DNA from: a virus
Taxonomy: Duplodnaviria > Caudoviricetes
Length of the DNA: 41,337 nucleotides
Virus record (IMG/VR): IMGVR_UViG_3300013829_000003
Location: 1 to 41,337 of that record
Direction: 5' to 3' (one strand)
Shown here: piece by piece, positions 1-8,915 of the stretch
Numbering within the stretch: position 1 is the stretch's first letter
Layout of the letters: every line of letters begins with the position of its first letter
The notes under the pieces: generated by a model
Told to the model about the DNA's origin: nothing
Database searches by the model: none
What the model saw: the letters and a program-made list of their open reading frames with translations, nothing else
Made by a program: the position numbers and the translations under genes

Positions 1-384
1 GTCTTCCACTTCTGGGCTCTGTATCATTTTGCCCCCCCCCTCCTCGCGGTCTCGCTTGGCCGAGTTGCACCCCACGCACAGCAGACGCAGGTTGGCCAGC
101 TCGTCAGTTCCCCCCCTGGATCGGGGCTTGATGTGGTCAAGTGATGGCCGCCGTCGCTCGTCTGGATGCCGCGGCACGCACAGGCAGCCGCACACCTGGC
201 AGCGACCATTGTCCCTCCGATACACTGCCCCACGCAACCCACCGAGCCCATCCTGTGCCGCACTCCCTCGCCACCGCTTGCCGCCGTAGCCGCGGCGGTA
301 CGCATTTGGGCGGGGATTGGGCTGGTAGCTCCGAGCCGAGCCGATCTGAATATGCGGCCTGTAGGTAGGTGCGGCGGTCGGCAC
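1..384 (-). CDS. HNH endonuclease (terminase-associated, HK97 gp74-like), 3'-truncated by window end
   Basis: Not in the ORF track because it has no stop in the window. Manual translation from GTG at 384: MPTAAPTYRP...RRGYGGKRW...RRDNGRCQVCG...SLDHIKPRSRGGTDELANLRLLCVGCNSAK, a typical CxxC...DH...N...CxxCN HNH motif. Confidence 0.92.
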   Translation of the reverse strand, partial: MPTAAPTYRPHIQIGSARSYQPNPRPNAYRRGYGGKRWRGSAAQDGLGGLRGAVYRRDNGRCQVCGCLCVPRHPDERRRPSLDHIKPRSRGGTDELANLRLLCVGCNSAKRDREEGGGKMIQSPEVED

Positions 385-481
385 TGCTGTCACAGCCTCA
401 TGGTCTGCTCCTTGCGATCATCGACACATCGATCATCAGCCCAGAGCAAAACACACCCACCCGCACGCACCAAGCCCCCAC

Positions 482-497
482 GTAACAGATCTGTTAC
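482..497. promoter_or_regulatory. Perfect 16-bp palindrome upstream of the late (HNH/terminase) operon; candidate activator site
   Basis: GTAACAGATCTGTTAC, about 100 bp upstream of the HNH start and just after the RuvC-like stop. Confidence 0.5.
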
Positions 498-501
498 CGA
501 C

Positions 502-1038
502 TCACCGAAATAGCAGCGACTGCTCCTTCAGCCACCACAGCCCCAGGCCCAGCGCATCGGCGATGTCCCCGCCGCGATCCTCCACGCCAGCGTACTCCGG
601 GACCAGCGTCCTCATCACCGCCTGCCGGGTCTCCTTCGGCACGCCCCGCGTCCACTCATTCTCCAGCACGGCGATCACCTCGCACCCGCGCCCGCTCGCC
701 CAGCATTCGGCGCGACAGGCCATCCACCCGACCCCAGCGCCGTAGACCGCCAGGCCCGCTCCCTGCCCACCGTGCCGGCGGCGGCCCACCTTGCCCTTGG
801 TCCACTCGACCAGCACAACCGTCGGTCGCAGCCGATCCAGGAGCGTCACGAGATCGTCCCCCATCGTCCGCACCCGCTCGATGCTCGCGTCCGACCGGCT
901 CGCCGGCTCGATCAAACCCGCCTCGATCAGCGACCGATTCCGCCGCAGGGCGGCGTAGCCGACGACCGTCGAGGAGGGATCCAACGCGAGGAGGACCTCG
1001 CGATTTACGATTTGCGATGGATGATGTGCGGCGGGCAT
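502..1038 (-). CDS. RuvC-like Holliday junction resolvase
   Basis: LLALDPSSTVVGYA (catalytic D), VLVE (E), DIADALGL (DxxD) RNase H-fold motifs. Confidence 0.85.
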   Translation of the reverse strand: MPAAHHPSQIVNREVLLALDPSSTVVGYAALRRNRSLIEAGLIEPASRSDASIERVRTMGDDLVTLLDRLRPTVVLVEWTKGKVGRRRHGGQGAGLAVYGAGVGWMACRAECWASGRGCEVIAVLENEWTRGVPKETRQAVMRTLVPEYAGVEDRGGDIADALGLGLWWLKEQSLLFR

Positions 1039-1283
1039 ACTTGTCCATTCACAGTGTACCTAAGCAAGTTGTACATTGTCCGACACGCGCGACCCTCAAT
1101 TTGCCGGACTCTCGACACCGAGATACCGAAGTTCTTCGCACATTGTAAAAGCGTCAGCCGCGACCCCTTCATCCCAAGCCTTCCACACAGCACTTCTCTC
1201 TCGCGGAAGCTTAGCCCTCGTAAGGCGGAAGTGAACGCCAGTGGGGCAAGATTCAGCCAATCCTGCGCGATCTTTAAATTCAT
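1005..1283 (-). CDS. Sigma-70 region 4-like HTH protein
   Basis: LSFREREVLCGRLGM...TLLQCAKNFGISVSRVRQIEGRA matches the sigma region 4.2 pattern. Confidence 0.8.
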   Translation of the reverse strand: MNLKIAQDWLNLAPLAFTSALRGLSFREREVLCGRLGMKGSRLTLLQCAKNFGISVSRVRQIEGRACRTMYNLLRYTVNGQVCPPHIIHRKS

Positions 1284-1290
1284 TACAGCC

Positions 1291-1500
1291 TCATATGTAG
1301 GACCACGACGTTTCAGCAGCGAGGATACAACGGGAACATGTCACGTGTTTCCGGTCAGTTGTCAGATCGTATTTGCCGCACAACAGCTTGATCCCACAGG
1401 CTGCGGCTATTCTCGGCCGCCCGTCGGGCCGCCTCGGATCAGGATGCCAGATCGCGACAAAGTGTGTTTTTCTCTTCACGTTCGTGCCCTCCAAAATCAT
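1291..1500 (-). CDS. Small Cys/His-rich hypothetical protein
   Basis: ACG...VTCSRC putative Zn site; packed between neighbours on the same strand. Confidence 0.55.
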   Translation of the reverse strand: MILEGTNVKRKTHFVAIWHPDPRRPDGRPRIAAACGIKLLCGKYDLTTDRKHVTCSRCILAAETSWSYI

Positions 1501-1537
1501 GGCGAGTCATGTGATTCATTGCCCTTTGTTTCGTGGA

Positions 1538-1729
1538 TCATATGCGACACCCTGTGACTTTGTAGCTGTGCCCACACGTTCTGCACTTGCGATGCTGGAT
1601 CTGCCCCTTCGTGCAGGTCGCCAGCGTCTCCGTAGAGCCGCATTCAGGGCAGCGGCCCCGCGACGGGAAGGCATACACAGCCTCTCCCTTGCGATCCATC
1701 CCTGGATTGTCATCTGGTCGGTCCAGCAT
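1538..1729 (-). CDS. Ogr/Delta-like zinc-ribbon transcriptional activator
   Basis: CPECGS...RKCRTCGHSYK C4 zinc ribbon, about 60 aa; ATG directly follows the upstream TAA. Confidence 0.65.
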   Translation of the reverse strand: MLDRPDDNPGMDRKGEAVYAFPSRGRCPECGSTETLATCTKGQIQHRKCRTCGHSYKVTGCRI

Positions 1730-2056
1730 TTACACCCCGTGGGCTACAGCTCTGCCTCGCTTTGCAGGCCGTCTCACACACCTCCGAACCCTCGCCTGGA
1801 CCCGCCGTCTTTCTGTTTCCAATATCTCACGGATAGCCCGCCGCATCGCTTTTGCCAGCACTGGATCCTGGAGAATTGCTAGGGAATTCCGTGAGTCTTC
1901 GGGCACACCCAAGACCACTGATGGCGCCCCGATAAGAAAACGCGACTTGTCATCCAGGCTCACGCCATCACCCACCGCTTTGAGCCCCAGATCAATGGCG
2001 ACCAGCCTATCACATAGCCGCTTCAGATCACTCGCATCTATGTCCAGAAATCTCAT
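1730..2056 (-). CDS. Hypothetical protein
   Basis: AAGGAG RBS upstream; stop abuts the next start. Confidence 0.6.
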   Translation of the reverse strand: MRFLDIDASDLKRLCDRLVAIDLGLKAVGDGVSLDDKSRFLIGAPSVVLGVPEDSRNSLAILQDPVLAKAMRRAIREILETERRRVQARVRRCVRRPAKRGRAVAHGV

Positions 2057-2073
2057 TGGTTATGTACTCCTTC

Positions 2074-2104
2074 TTCTCCGTGTTCTCCGTGTCTCTGTGG
2101 TGAA
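2074..2104 (-). repeat. Period-9 repeat (TTCACCACAGAGACACGGAGAACACGGAGAA)
   Basis: Intergenic copy that runs directly into the AAGGAG RBS of 1730..2056. Confidence 0.9.
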
Positions 2105-2108
2105 TCCA

Positions 2109-3125
2109 TCAGCCTGTCGCCGCCTCGGGCCCGGCCCTGGGGCAGATCGCCTTGTGCATCACCGACAGCCACAGGGCGCCGGGCTTGCGAATGCCCTTGC
2201 GTTTCCGCACCAATTCTCGCGCCTTGGCCACGGCGTACGACTCGATGTCGCCCCACTCCTGCTGCGGCGTCCGGGCCCGCGTCTCGAAGAGCCAGGCCGC
2301 GAACGTCCCCCGCTCATCGCGGCCCTGTCGGCTCTCCGGGTCACACCGCAGACCCAATGCCTCGAATACCGCGTACGAGAAGGCCGTACAGGCCGGATCG
2401 GACCACCAGATGGGTATCCGGCCCAACCGGCACGGATCGTGCCCTGTAGCGAGGGAGGGGGCCTTCGGTGCGTGTGCACGTTCGGCCCCCTTCGCCTCGG
2501 ATTGCGTCGGGTTCTCCGGGTTGCCCCGTCTGTCTGTCTGTCTGCTCGCGTCCTCTGTCTGCTTCTGGGGTCTCTCTGGCCTCGGGGTCTTGGTCTTCGT
2601 CTGGCTCTTGCTTCTCTCCTGCTCACCATTCTGGTCGGGCGTAACTACTGCATCGGCTGTCGCCGATGCATTCCGCTTTTTCTTCTCGATCTTCTTCTCC
2701 GAAGCCCGCAAGGGCTTCGTCTTACTCTTACTCTTACTCTTACTCTTATTCTCTATTCTGGGGGTATTGTGGATATTGTATATACCCGCTTTGTCCACAA
2801 TTCGCAGAAACGGCGTCGGCTCCCCGTAGGCGTTTTTCGCCTCCAACAAGGGCCGTAAGTCCGGCTCGGTGTGGAGGATAGGAATCTTCCGCCAGAGCCA
2901 CTTCGGGTCCGCCGGCAATACGTGTCGGCCCGTCTCCGCCGCCAGCATCCACAGGCAGATCAGCAGCACGCGGGAGGCGTCGTCCAGCTCCGCAAACCCA
3001 TCGTGGTGCAGCAGACTGGGGTACAGTTTCAGCCACTGGGCGGGTCCCTCCGGCATGTTCGGCTGGGCCCGCTTCCAGTTGACAATCTCGATGTACTGCG
3101 TCTCCGTGTCGCGACTGTCCGCCAT
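2109..3125 (-). CDS. Putative phage replication initiator / replisome organizer
   Basis: N-terminal WLKLYPSLL...LLICLWMLAAE, low-complexity KSKSKSK linker (TTACTC tandem near 2722-2750), helical C-terminal domain ending RKPGALWLSVM; start chosen at ATG 3125. Confidence 0.7.
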   Translation of the reverse strand: MADSRDTETQYIEIVNWKRAQPNMPEGPAQWLKLYPSLLHHDGFAELDDASRVLLICLWMLAAETGRHVLPADPKWLWRKIPILHTEPDLRPLLEAKNAYGEPTPFLRIVDKAGIYNIHNTPRIENKSKSKSKSKTKPLRASEKKIEKKKRNASATADAVVTPDQNGEQERSKSQTKTKTPRPERPQKQTEDASRQTDRRGNPENPTQSEAKGAERAHAPKAPSLATGHDPCRLGRIPIWWSDPACTAFSYAVFEALGLRCDPESRQGRDERGTFAAWLFETRARTPQQEWGDIESYAVAKARELVRKRKGIRKPGALWLSVMHKAICPRAGPEAATG

Positions 3126-3127
3126 AT

Positions 3128-3283
3128 CTACTGCTCCAGATCCGCCTCGATCAGCTTGCACAAATCGTCTACAGTCCGAATGAGCCTGGCCTTCTTCCAT
3201 GCCGCCACCTTCACCGCCTTCTTCAGGGCAAGGCCCTTCTCGTACCATGTTTGCAGAAGCTTCAAACGCTCATCGTGTGTCAT
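3128..3283 (-). CDS. Small hypothetical protein
   Basis: MTHDERLKLLQ...; ATGA overlap with upstream gene and GGAGG RBS. Confidence 0.6.
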   Translation of the reverse strand: MTHDERLKLLQTWYEKGLALKKAVKVAAWKKARLIRTVDDLCKLIEADLEQ

Positions 3284-3696
3284 GGCTTGTCCTCCCCGAG
3301 CATCTCTCGGGCTTGCGGCATGGGCCCCAGTCCGTGCCCGATGTTCTGCTTCCACTGGGGCCACGATGCGACAGTCCGCTTGGCCTCCTCGAAGTGGTCG
3401 GTGGCCGCCTGTGGTTCCGAACGATGGACAAGGGCTGCCCGCACGGCCGCCATCGCTCGGTCCAATTGATCATCATATTCAACCAGGCTTTCCGCACCGA
3501 ACTCCTGGATGTATGCCGCCAGCAACTCCGGCAGCGGGGCCTCCAATTCCGCGACGCGGGCCTGGAGTCTGGCGTTCTCGGCCACAAGTTCCTCGTAAGA
3601 GGGGCCACCCTTCACCGGTATCGCGATCACGGTTCCCAATACGACTTTGGGTTCGTGTTGCGCACCATTGTTCGTCGTCGTCTCGAACCAGTTCAT
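3280..3696 (-). CDS. Hypothetical coiled-coil protein
   Basis: ELVAENARLQARVAELE; ATGA overlaps at both ends. Confidence 0.65.
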   Translation of the reverse strand: MNWFETTTNNGAQHEPKVVLGTVIAIPVKGGPSYEELVAENARLQARVAELEAPLPELLAAYIQEFGAESLVEYDDQLDRAMAAVRAALVHRSEPQAATDHFEEAKRTVASWPQWKQNIGHGLGPMPQAREMLGEDKP

Positions 3697-3887
3697 GGCG
3701 TCTCCTTCCCGCCGCGATCGATGGTCACGCGGCCAAACGAATCGCCAGCCAACCCCGCGTAGCGGTTCTCGAACTTCCGAAGCATCTCCTGCATCACCTC
3801 GTCGAGCGTCGCGAAAACCATCATCCTCGTCAGGGCATCCGTCACGATGTACCCGTTTTCGACCTGACTCACTCTGATTTCACTCAT
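3693..3887 (-). CDS. Hypothetical protein
   Basis: MSEIRVSQVENGYIV; AAAGGAG RBS. Confidence 0.65.
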   Translation of the reverse strand: MSEIRVSQVENGYIVTDALTRMMVFATLDEVMQEMLRKFENRYAGLAGDSFGRVTIDRGGKETP

Positions 3888-3904
3888 TGGAAAGTCTCCT
3901 TTTC

Positions 3905-4786
3905 TCACGCATGACCGCCCCCGAACGGCAATTGATCTTCACGCGATTTGCTTGTGGCACGCCCCAGATTGTGAAGGCACGCCGTATGGTATTCATCCTT
4001 GATTTCGCACCCATAGAATCGACGTCCGAGCGTAACGGCCTCGTATCCCTCCGATCCAATTCCGGCGAATGGACTGAACACAATCTCGCCAGGGTTGCTG
4101 TAGAGCCTGATGAGCCGGTTGATTACACCCAACTGCAAAGGGCAGATGTGTTTCGTGTCCTGTTCGCCTTTGCCCTCGGCCACGTTCAACGTGTCCGTCT
4201 CGCGAATGTCCGTCCAACAGCACTCGGCCCAATCAATCCATTGGTTGCGGGACACATCGCCGACCGAATCAACAGGTATTGCGTTTTCACCTGGTGCCCT
4301 GAACTTGATGAGATAATCAGCCAGTGCACCTCTGCTTTGGGCACGGTCGGATTCCAGACCGGCAAATTGCAGTTCCCGGCTTCGGGTACGGATGGCCTGG
4401 GCCTGCGGGTTTTTTCGCACAGACCAGTCGTACTCGTAGATCAAGCCCGCCCTCTCTCCGAGGCGGATGTTCATGCCACGGAAGTCACACAGCCCAACAC
4501 CGCCGCTTCGTTTCATTCTCGGGATCTGCATGACGTGAACCATCGCAACTCTCCCCGGCTTCAATACCCTGACCAGACCGCGATAGAAAAACGACAGATG
4601 GAGCTTGGCTTCTCCGTCAACATCCTCACTATTGCCGATATCCTCCGGAAGACTCGTATAGGCATAGAGTGACGGGAACGGCGGCGAGAACACCGCAAAG
4701 TCAATCGACGATTCCGGCATCTTGCGCATATGCCTGATGCAATCCTCATGCACCACGCGGTACTGTTCGTCATCGTGCAATAGCAT
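3905..4786 (-). CDS. DNA methyltransferase, N4-C/N6-A (beta class)
   Basis: Catalytic FSPPF near the N-terminus, HICPL, and SAM-binding FSPFAGIGSEG near the C-terminus. Confidence 0.92.
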   Translation of the reverse strand: MLLHDDEQYRVVHEDCIRHMRKMPESSIDFAVFSPPFPSLYAYTSLPEDIGNSEDVDGEAKLHLSFFYRGLVRVLKPGRVAMVHVMQIPRMKRSGGVGLCDFRGMNIRLGERAGLIYEYDWSVRKNPQAQAIRTRSRELQFAGLESDRAQSRGALADYLIKFRAPGENAIPVDSVGDVSRNQWIDWAECCWTDIRETDTLNVAEGKGEQDTKHICPLQLGVINRLIRLYSNPGEIVFSPFAGIGSEGYEAVTLGRRFYGCEIKDEYHTACLHNLGRATSKSREDQLPFGGGHA

Positions 4787-6257
4787 AATTCTGAAAAATC
4801 CTCTCTTGCTCTTCCCCGTCCTGCTGGACCCGCTTGGCTTTCGCCAACACAGTTTGAATCATGGGCCGTTCGGCGTCAGTCACCGGGATATGCACATTCA
4901 ACGGCCGCGTGGACCCGACTCGGTTCGACCGCTTCACCCCCTGATAGAACTCCTCATAGGAATCCTGGAGCCCGCTCCACACTTGGCGAGTAGCGATTTG
5001 AAGGTTCTGACCAAACCCAAGGATTTTCGGCTTGGTGACAAGTATCTTGCTTCGACCCGCTTTGAAGTCGGCAATGATCCTCATTCGCTCGTCATAGGGA
5101 GTGTCACCTGTTATGTTTCCAGCTTCAGGGAATGTCGCAGCCATCGTCTCTTGTTCCGCGTTGTAGTGGCACCATATGATCGTGGACTCCTCCGGCCAAC
5201 TCTCGATCATGCGACGGATGAACGCGGGCTTGTTCGTAGCAATCGCCTTGCCATTATGTCGCCCCTTGCTGATCTGGCTCAAGGCCCCGCGTGTTCCGAT
5301 TCCGCCGGCGTCCACAACAAAGAGAGAACCCGTCCTCTCCTGGACGGCGAGATTCTGTTCGGCGGTCATTGGCACGGACTCGATATGCACATGAATCGGG
5401 GGTATATCCTCGCTGTGGTCCTTCCATCCATAGGTCGCAGGATTGGCGAGAAATATCGCCCAGTCAGACAGGGCTCGATAGAACGGCCCCAATGCGTGAG
5501 GCTTCAATTCCCAGCGATTGTCTGTCTGCCCTCGATTAACAAAAAACCGAGCAAGGAAGCTGTTGACATTAGGAAACGCATCGAGAAACACGGCGTGATT
5601 CGCATATTCTATGCGATCATTTGGCGCAGGAGTTCCCGTTCCGCAGAGTTTCCATCGCAGACCTCGGCCCAGTCGCAGAATGTGTTGACCCCACACACCA
5701 TAGTGGCTCTTCAGCATAGATGATTCATCGACGATCAGGGCTCCAAGACGACCAGGCTCTACCCGATCCGACAACGCTTCGTAGTTCGTAATGCCGTACG
5801 TCTGCGTACCAGACCTAAGCCACGCTGGCAGATCGTTCGCGGGCACATACTCCAGGGGGATTCCGTCGCCGTAGAAGAGCTTCGCCTCATCAATCGTCTG
5901 CTGAATCACCATTAACGGGCTGATTATCAGCACGGCCTGCCCCACCCGCAGAGCTGATGCTGCATGGCGTGCGAACTCAAACATCACACACGTCTTGCCA
6001 AGCCCACAGTCCGCGAACACGGCAAATTTCCGTTTCCGGATGGCCATAGCCGCAATGTCTCGTTGGTAGTCGAACAAAAACTCGCTCGGATGATACTCTG
6101 CTGATCCTCCGTCGCTCGTTGGCACGCCAAACAGATCGGCGTATTCATCAGGGACAAAGGCCGTGCGGCCCTGGAAGGCATATCGAGGGAGCGACTTCAC
6201 ACGAAGGAACCGCTCGTATCCATCTGCCGTGTTCACGTCGATCGGTATCGCTCTCAC
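4770..6257 (-). CDS. SNF2-like SF2 helicase
   Basis: Walker A CGLGKT, Walker B IVDESS, TGTP, GFGQNLQ, QGVKRSNRVG; GTG start at 6257 overlaps the upstream stop. Confidence 0.9.
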   Translation of the reverse strand: MRAIPIDVNTADGYERFLRVKSLPRYAFQGRTAFVPDEYADLFGVPTSDGGSAEYHPSEFLFDYQRDIAAMAIRKRKFAVFADCGLGKTCVMFEFARHAASALRVGQAVLIISPLMVIQQTIDEAKLFYGDGIPLEYVPANDLPAWLRSGTQTYGITNYEALSDRVEPGRLGALIVDESSMLKSHYGVWGQHILRLGRGLRWKLCGTGTPAPNDRIEYANHAVFLDAFPNVNSFLARFFVNRGQTDNRWELKPHALGPFYRALSDWAIFLANPATYGWKDHSEDIPPIHVHIESVPMTAEQNLAVQERTGSLFVVDAGGIGTRGALSQISKGRHNGKAIATNKPAFIRRMIESWPEESTIIWCHYNAEQETMAATFPEAGNITGDTPYDERMRIIADFKAGRSKILVTKPKILGFGQNLQIATRQVWSGLQDSYEEFYQGVKRSNRVGSTRPLNVHIPVTDAERPMIQTVLAKAKRVQQDGEEQERIFQNYAIAR

Positions 6258-6517
6258 TTCCCGTCCTCCGCGATCCGCTCGAACGCCCCGCCCCCGCACT
6301 GCGGCAGGAACGCCGCGACCACCCGCGAATTGCTCTCAGAGATCGTCACGCCCATCAGGGCGCACAGCCGCTCGCCGAACGCCAGGAGGTTCGGCTGCGT
6401 CCCCGCCTGCACGATCCGGTCGGCCAGGAGATCCGCGTAGCCGCGGGACGCCTTGATGGTGGAATGATGGCTCATTTCGCGAATGAAATCGCACGTCGCT
6501 TTCAAGGTCTCGTTCAT
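6254..6517 (-). CDS. Small helical protein (possible Cas11/Csf small-subunit-like fragment)
   Basis: AAAGGAAAAC upstream of the ATG; YADLLADRIVQAG..PNLLAFGERLCALMG helical motif; family assignment is tentative. Confidence 0.55.
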   Translation of the reverse strand: MNETLKATCDFIREMSHHSTIKASRGYADLLADRIVQAGTQPNLLAFGERLCALMGVTISESNSRVVAAFLPQCGGGAFERIAEDGK

Positions 6518-6536
6518 CCTGTTTTCCTTTCTTCCA

Positions 6537-7379
6537 TTATACCTTGCGATTGCTGCCGGGGCAGCGGTCGTTCAGTTCGCCTCGACCCGCTCGATAGTCC
6601 ACGCCGCTGCTGTCGTGTGGGAAGAGGCCGTTGCGCGTCACGACGTGATCCGTGCCGCACTCCGGGCACAGTGCCCGCTTCGTGACCCGGAACCGCCCGC
6701 GTTTGTCCACTGCACCTGATTGGATCGGCCGGTCGGGCGGCACGGCCCGGCGGGGTTTGTACGCGTTGCACAGCGTGGCCGGCGGGACCAGCTTGCTGCG
6801 GTTGGGGCTTGCCTTCGCCTCGCACAGATGCCTTGCGGATCCCTTGATCCCCGTCGCGTGGGCGCACGTCTGACAACAGGGATCGATGCTCTCGACGTTC
6901 ATCTCCTCGATTGGCATGCCTGCTGGCTCCACGGCGGCGTGCGGCTCGTCGCGATGGGCCGCAGGGCGGCGACCCTGCGGCGTCTCCTGCCGCGGCGGGG
7001 CCGCCTCGACAAATCGCTTTGTCAGTTCCACGATCAGCGAGCCATCCGCCCAGGAGGCGGGGCAGCGGATCACGGCATCCGGCACGATGTTCCACCGCCT
7101 CAGGCCGCCGGCCGTGCCGATACGGGCCTGCCGGCCCCGGCCCTTGCCCGGCCACATAACCCGCAGCGAGCCATCGACCGCGGTCTCCTCGGGCGTCAGC
7201 CGCAGCAGCGTCCTATCCTCCGAGATCTCGATCCGCATGTACCCGGGCCTGTGCCCGCGGAACCTGTCCGTCAGGGCCGACGAGATCGCCGTATTGCCGC
7301 CCGGCGTCAGCGTCACGAACTCGCCCGTCATCGACCTGCCGCCCTTGCCGCCGTTGGGGTAGATCAGCCACTTAGACAT
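6537..7379 (-). CDS. Multi-domain hypothetical protein with Cys-rich zinc-finger-like segments
   Basis: CCQTCAH..C..C and CPECG...H...CPGS motifs; AAAGGA RBS. Confidence 0.65.
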   Translation of the reverse strand: MSKWLIYPNGGKGGRSMTGEFVTLTPGGNTAISSALTDRFRGHRPGYMRIEISEDRTLLRLTPEETAVDGSLRVMWPGKGRGRQARIGTAGGLRRWNIVPDAVIRCPASWADGSLIVELTKRFVEAAPPRQETPQGRRPAAHRDEPHAAVEPAGMPIEEMNVESIDPCCQTCAHATGIKGSARHLCEAKASPNRSKLVPPATLCNAYKPRRAVPPDRPIQSGAVDKRGRFRVTKRALCPECGTDHVVTRNGLFPHDSSGVDYRAGRGELNDRCPGSNRKV

Positions 7380-7411
7380 TGTCTACAATCCTTTCCTGTT
7401 TTCCCCCCGTG

Positions 7412-7867
7412 TCACTCGTCGCCATCCACGCGGTATCGCGGCTCCCAGGCGCCACAGCCGCCCGAGTCGTCCGGCTCTCGATCCAGACTGCACCGCTCGG
7501 TGGCGTGCAGGACCTCGACCGCTACGAGCATCCGGCAGAAGGGACACGTCCGGGCCAGTTGCCGCGGCAACCGGGCCAACTCCTGCCGCGTCCGCTCGTT
7601 GGCCTCGGCAATCCGGTCGGCGAATGCGACCGTCCGAAATTCGGCGGCGTTCGCCTGGCCCGGTTTGCGGCCTGTCGGCTCGCCGAGTCGGTCGGCGTTA
7701 TGCCGGACGTAATACGCGCGATCGATCTTCCGCTTGGCCTCGCGATAGCACGCCTTGCACCGCAGTGTCCGCGGGTATCGGGGCCGGTCCTTCGTGAACA
7801 GCCGGCCGCAGTCGCGGCAACGGCGACGCTCCTCGATCCTCGCCTGGGTTATCTCTTTCCATCCCAT
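7412..7867 (-). CDS. Zinc-finger protein (multiple CxxC)
   Basis: CRDCG, CKAC, CPFC, C...CGAW. Confidence 0.6.
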   Translation of the reverse strand: MGWKEITQARIEERRRCRDCGRLFTKDRPRYPRTLRCKACYREAKRKIDRAYYVRHNADRLGEPTGRKPGQANAAEFRTVAFADRIAEANERTRQELARLPRQLARTCPFCRMLVAVEVLHATERCSLDREPDDSGGCGAWEPRYRVDGDE

Positions 7868-7879
7868 AACTCGGCTCCG

Positions 7880-8359
7880 TCACTCCAGCCCCGGCGCCGT
7901 ATTCGGCCGGCCCCAGGCGAGTACCGTCACGATCCGGGCGGCGCCCTTGTCGTCCTTCGCCTCGAACCGCCAGAGATTGAGGCCCTCGATCACGACGGCG
8001 GAAAACGCCCACAGTCCCCGCTCGGCGTCCACGACGACCTCGGCCGCCGACGTACCGCCCACGCACGCGACCGTCACACCGTCGCCCTCGGGATCGCAGC
8101 AGCGGGCCCAATCCCGCTTCCACGCGCCGGCCGCCAACTCCCAGATCGTCCCCTCGCCCGGCACGGGCCCGAGGATCGAGCCGTAGGGCTGATTCGGCTC
8201 CGCCTGGGGCAGGCCGAAACTCGCCGGCACGACCCGGGAATAATCCGCCTGGACGCAGGCGTTCGGATCGGCCACGGCCGCAAAAACCGTGGCCTGCGCC
8301 GAACCAATGCCAACAACTACCAGCACAACACACGCTGTCACACTCCATTGCGTTTTCAT
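7880..8359 (-). CDS. Secreted protein with Ig/cadherin-like beta domain
   Basis: Signal peptide MKTQWSVTACVVLVVVGIGSAQA; DPEGD and D-x-K-G-A motifs typical of cadherin-like repeats; ATGA overlap with the ASCH gene. Confidence 0.65.
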   Translation of the reverse strand: MKTQWSVTACVVLVVVGIGSAQATVFAAVADPNACVQADYSRVVPASFGLPQAEPNQPYGSILGPVPGEGTIWELAAGAWKRDWARCCDPEGDGVTVACVGGTSAAEVVVDAERGLWAFSAVVIEGLNLWRFEAKDDKGAARIVTVLAWGRPNTAPGLE

Positions 8360-8781
8360 TTGATCTTCTCCAGATAGCCGTTCTCTTTCGACCATTCCAG
8401 CCATCGCCGGGCCAACACCAGGTCGTCCGGCGACAGGAACTCGTATTCCGGCAGGTCGAGACACCAGATCCCGAGCCGTCCGCGGACGACCGCCGTTTCC
8501 CGCAACCGGATGATGCGCGAGTCGAACCGCCAGGCCACCGCCTTTTCGTAGACCGGACAGCCAGCGTCCAGCTCGTCCTCGACGGACATGTCGCGGCAGT
8601 GCCGCAGGAACCGGATGCACACCGCTCGGCTCGTGACGCCGCAGCCCTTCGGCAGCGCGGCGGCGCAGATCGCCAGCGGCCCGCGGTAGGCGGTCCGCCA
8701 GATCCGCGTCTCGACGCTCTGGGCGGGCGTGCCGAGCCGGTCGGCCCACGGCTGCTTGACGGAGATCGCGGGAATCAACAT
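8356..8781 (-). CDS. ASCH domain protein
   Basis: AISVKQPWA...VETRIWRTAYRGPLAICA...VRGRLGIW. Confidence 0.85.
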   Translation of the reverse strand: MLIPAISVKQPWADRLGTPAQSVETRIWRTAYRGPLAICAAALPKGCGVTSRAVCIRFLRHCRDMSVEDELDAGCPVYEKAVAWRFDSRIIRLRETAVVRGRLGIWCLDLPEYEFLSPDDLVLARRWLEWSKENGYLEKIK

Positions 8782-8812
8782 GACTGCATTTCCAGTTTTC
8801 TATTGATGTTTT

Positions 8813-8910
8813 TTCACCACAGAGACACAGAGGTCACGGAGAGGCCAGTGGTCCTGTCTGCGTTCATCAGCGGTTCCATACTTCGTGTCCCTTCGCGCTC
8901 TTCGTGGTGA
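8813..8910. repeat. Composite inverted period-9 repeat element
   Basis: TTCACCACAGAGACACAGAGGTCACGGAGA ... TCTGCGTTCATCAGCGGTTCC ... CTTCGTGTCCCTTCGCGCTCTTCGTGGTGA. Confidence 0.85.
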
Positions 8911-8915
8911 GTTGT

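Noticed and set aside
2521-2760. Replication origin iterons in the initiator gene
   Set aside because: Only microsatellite-like TTACTC and TCTG runs encoding a low-complexity linker; no clear 15-20 bp iterons could be identified
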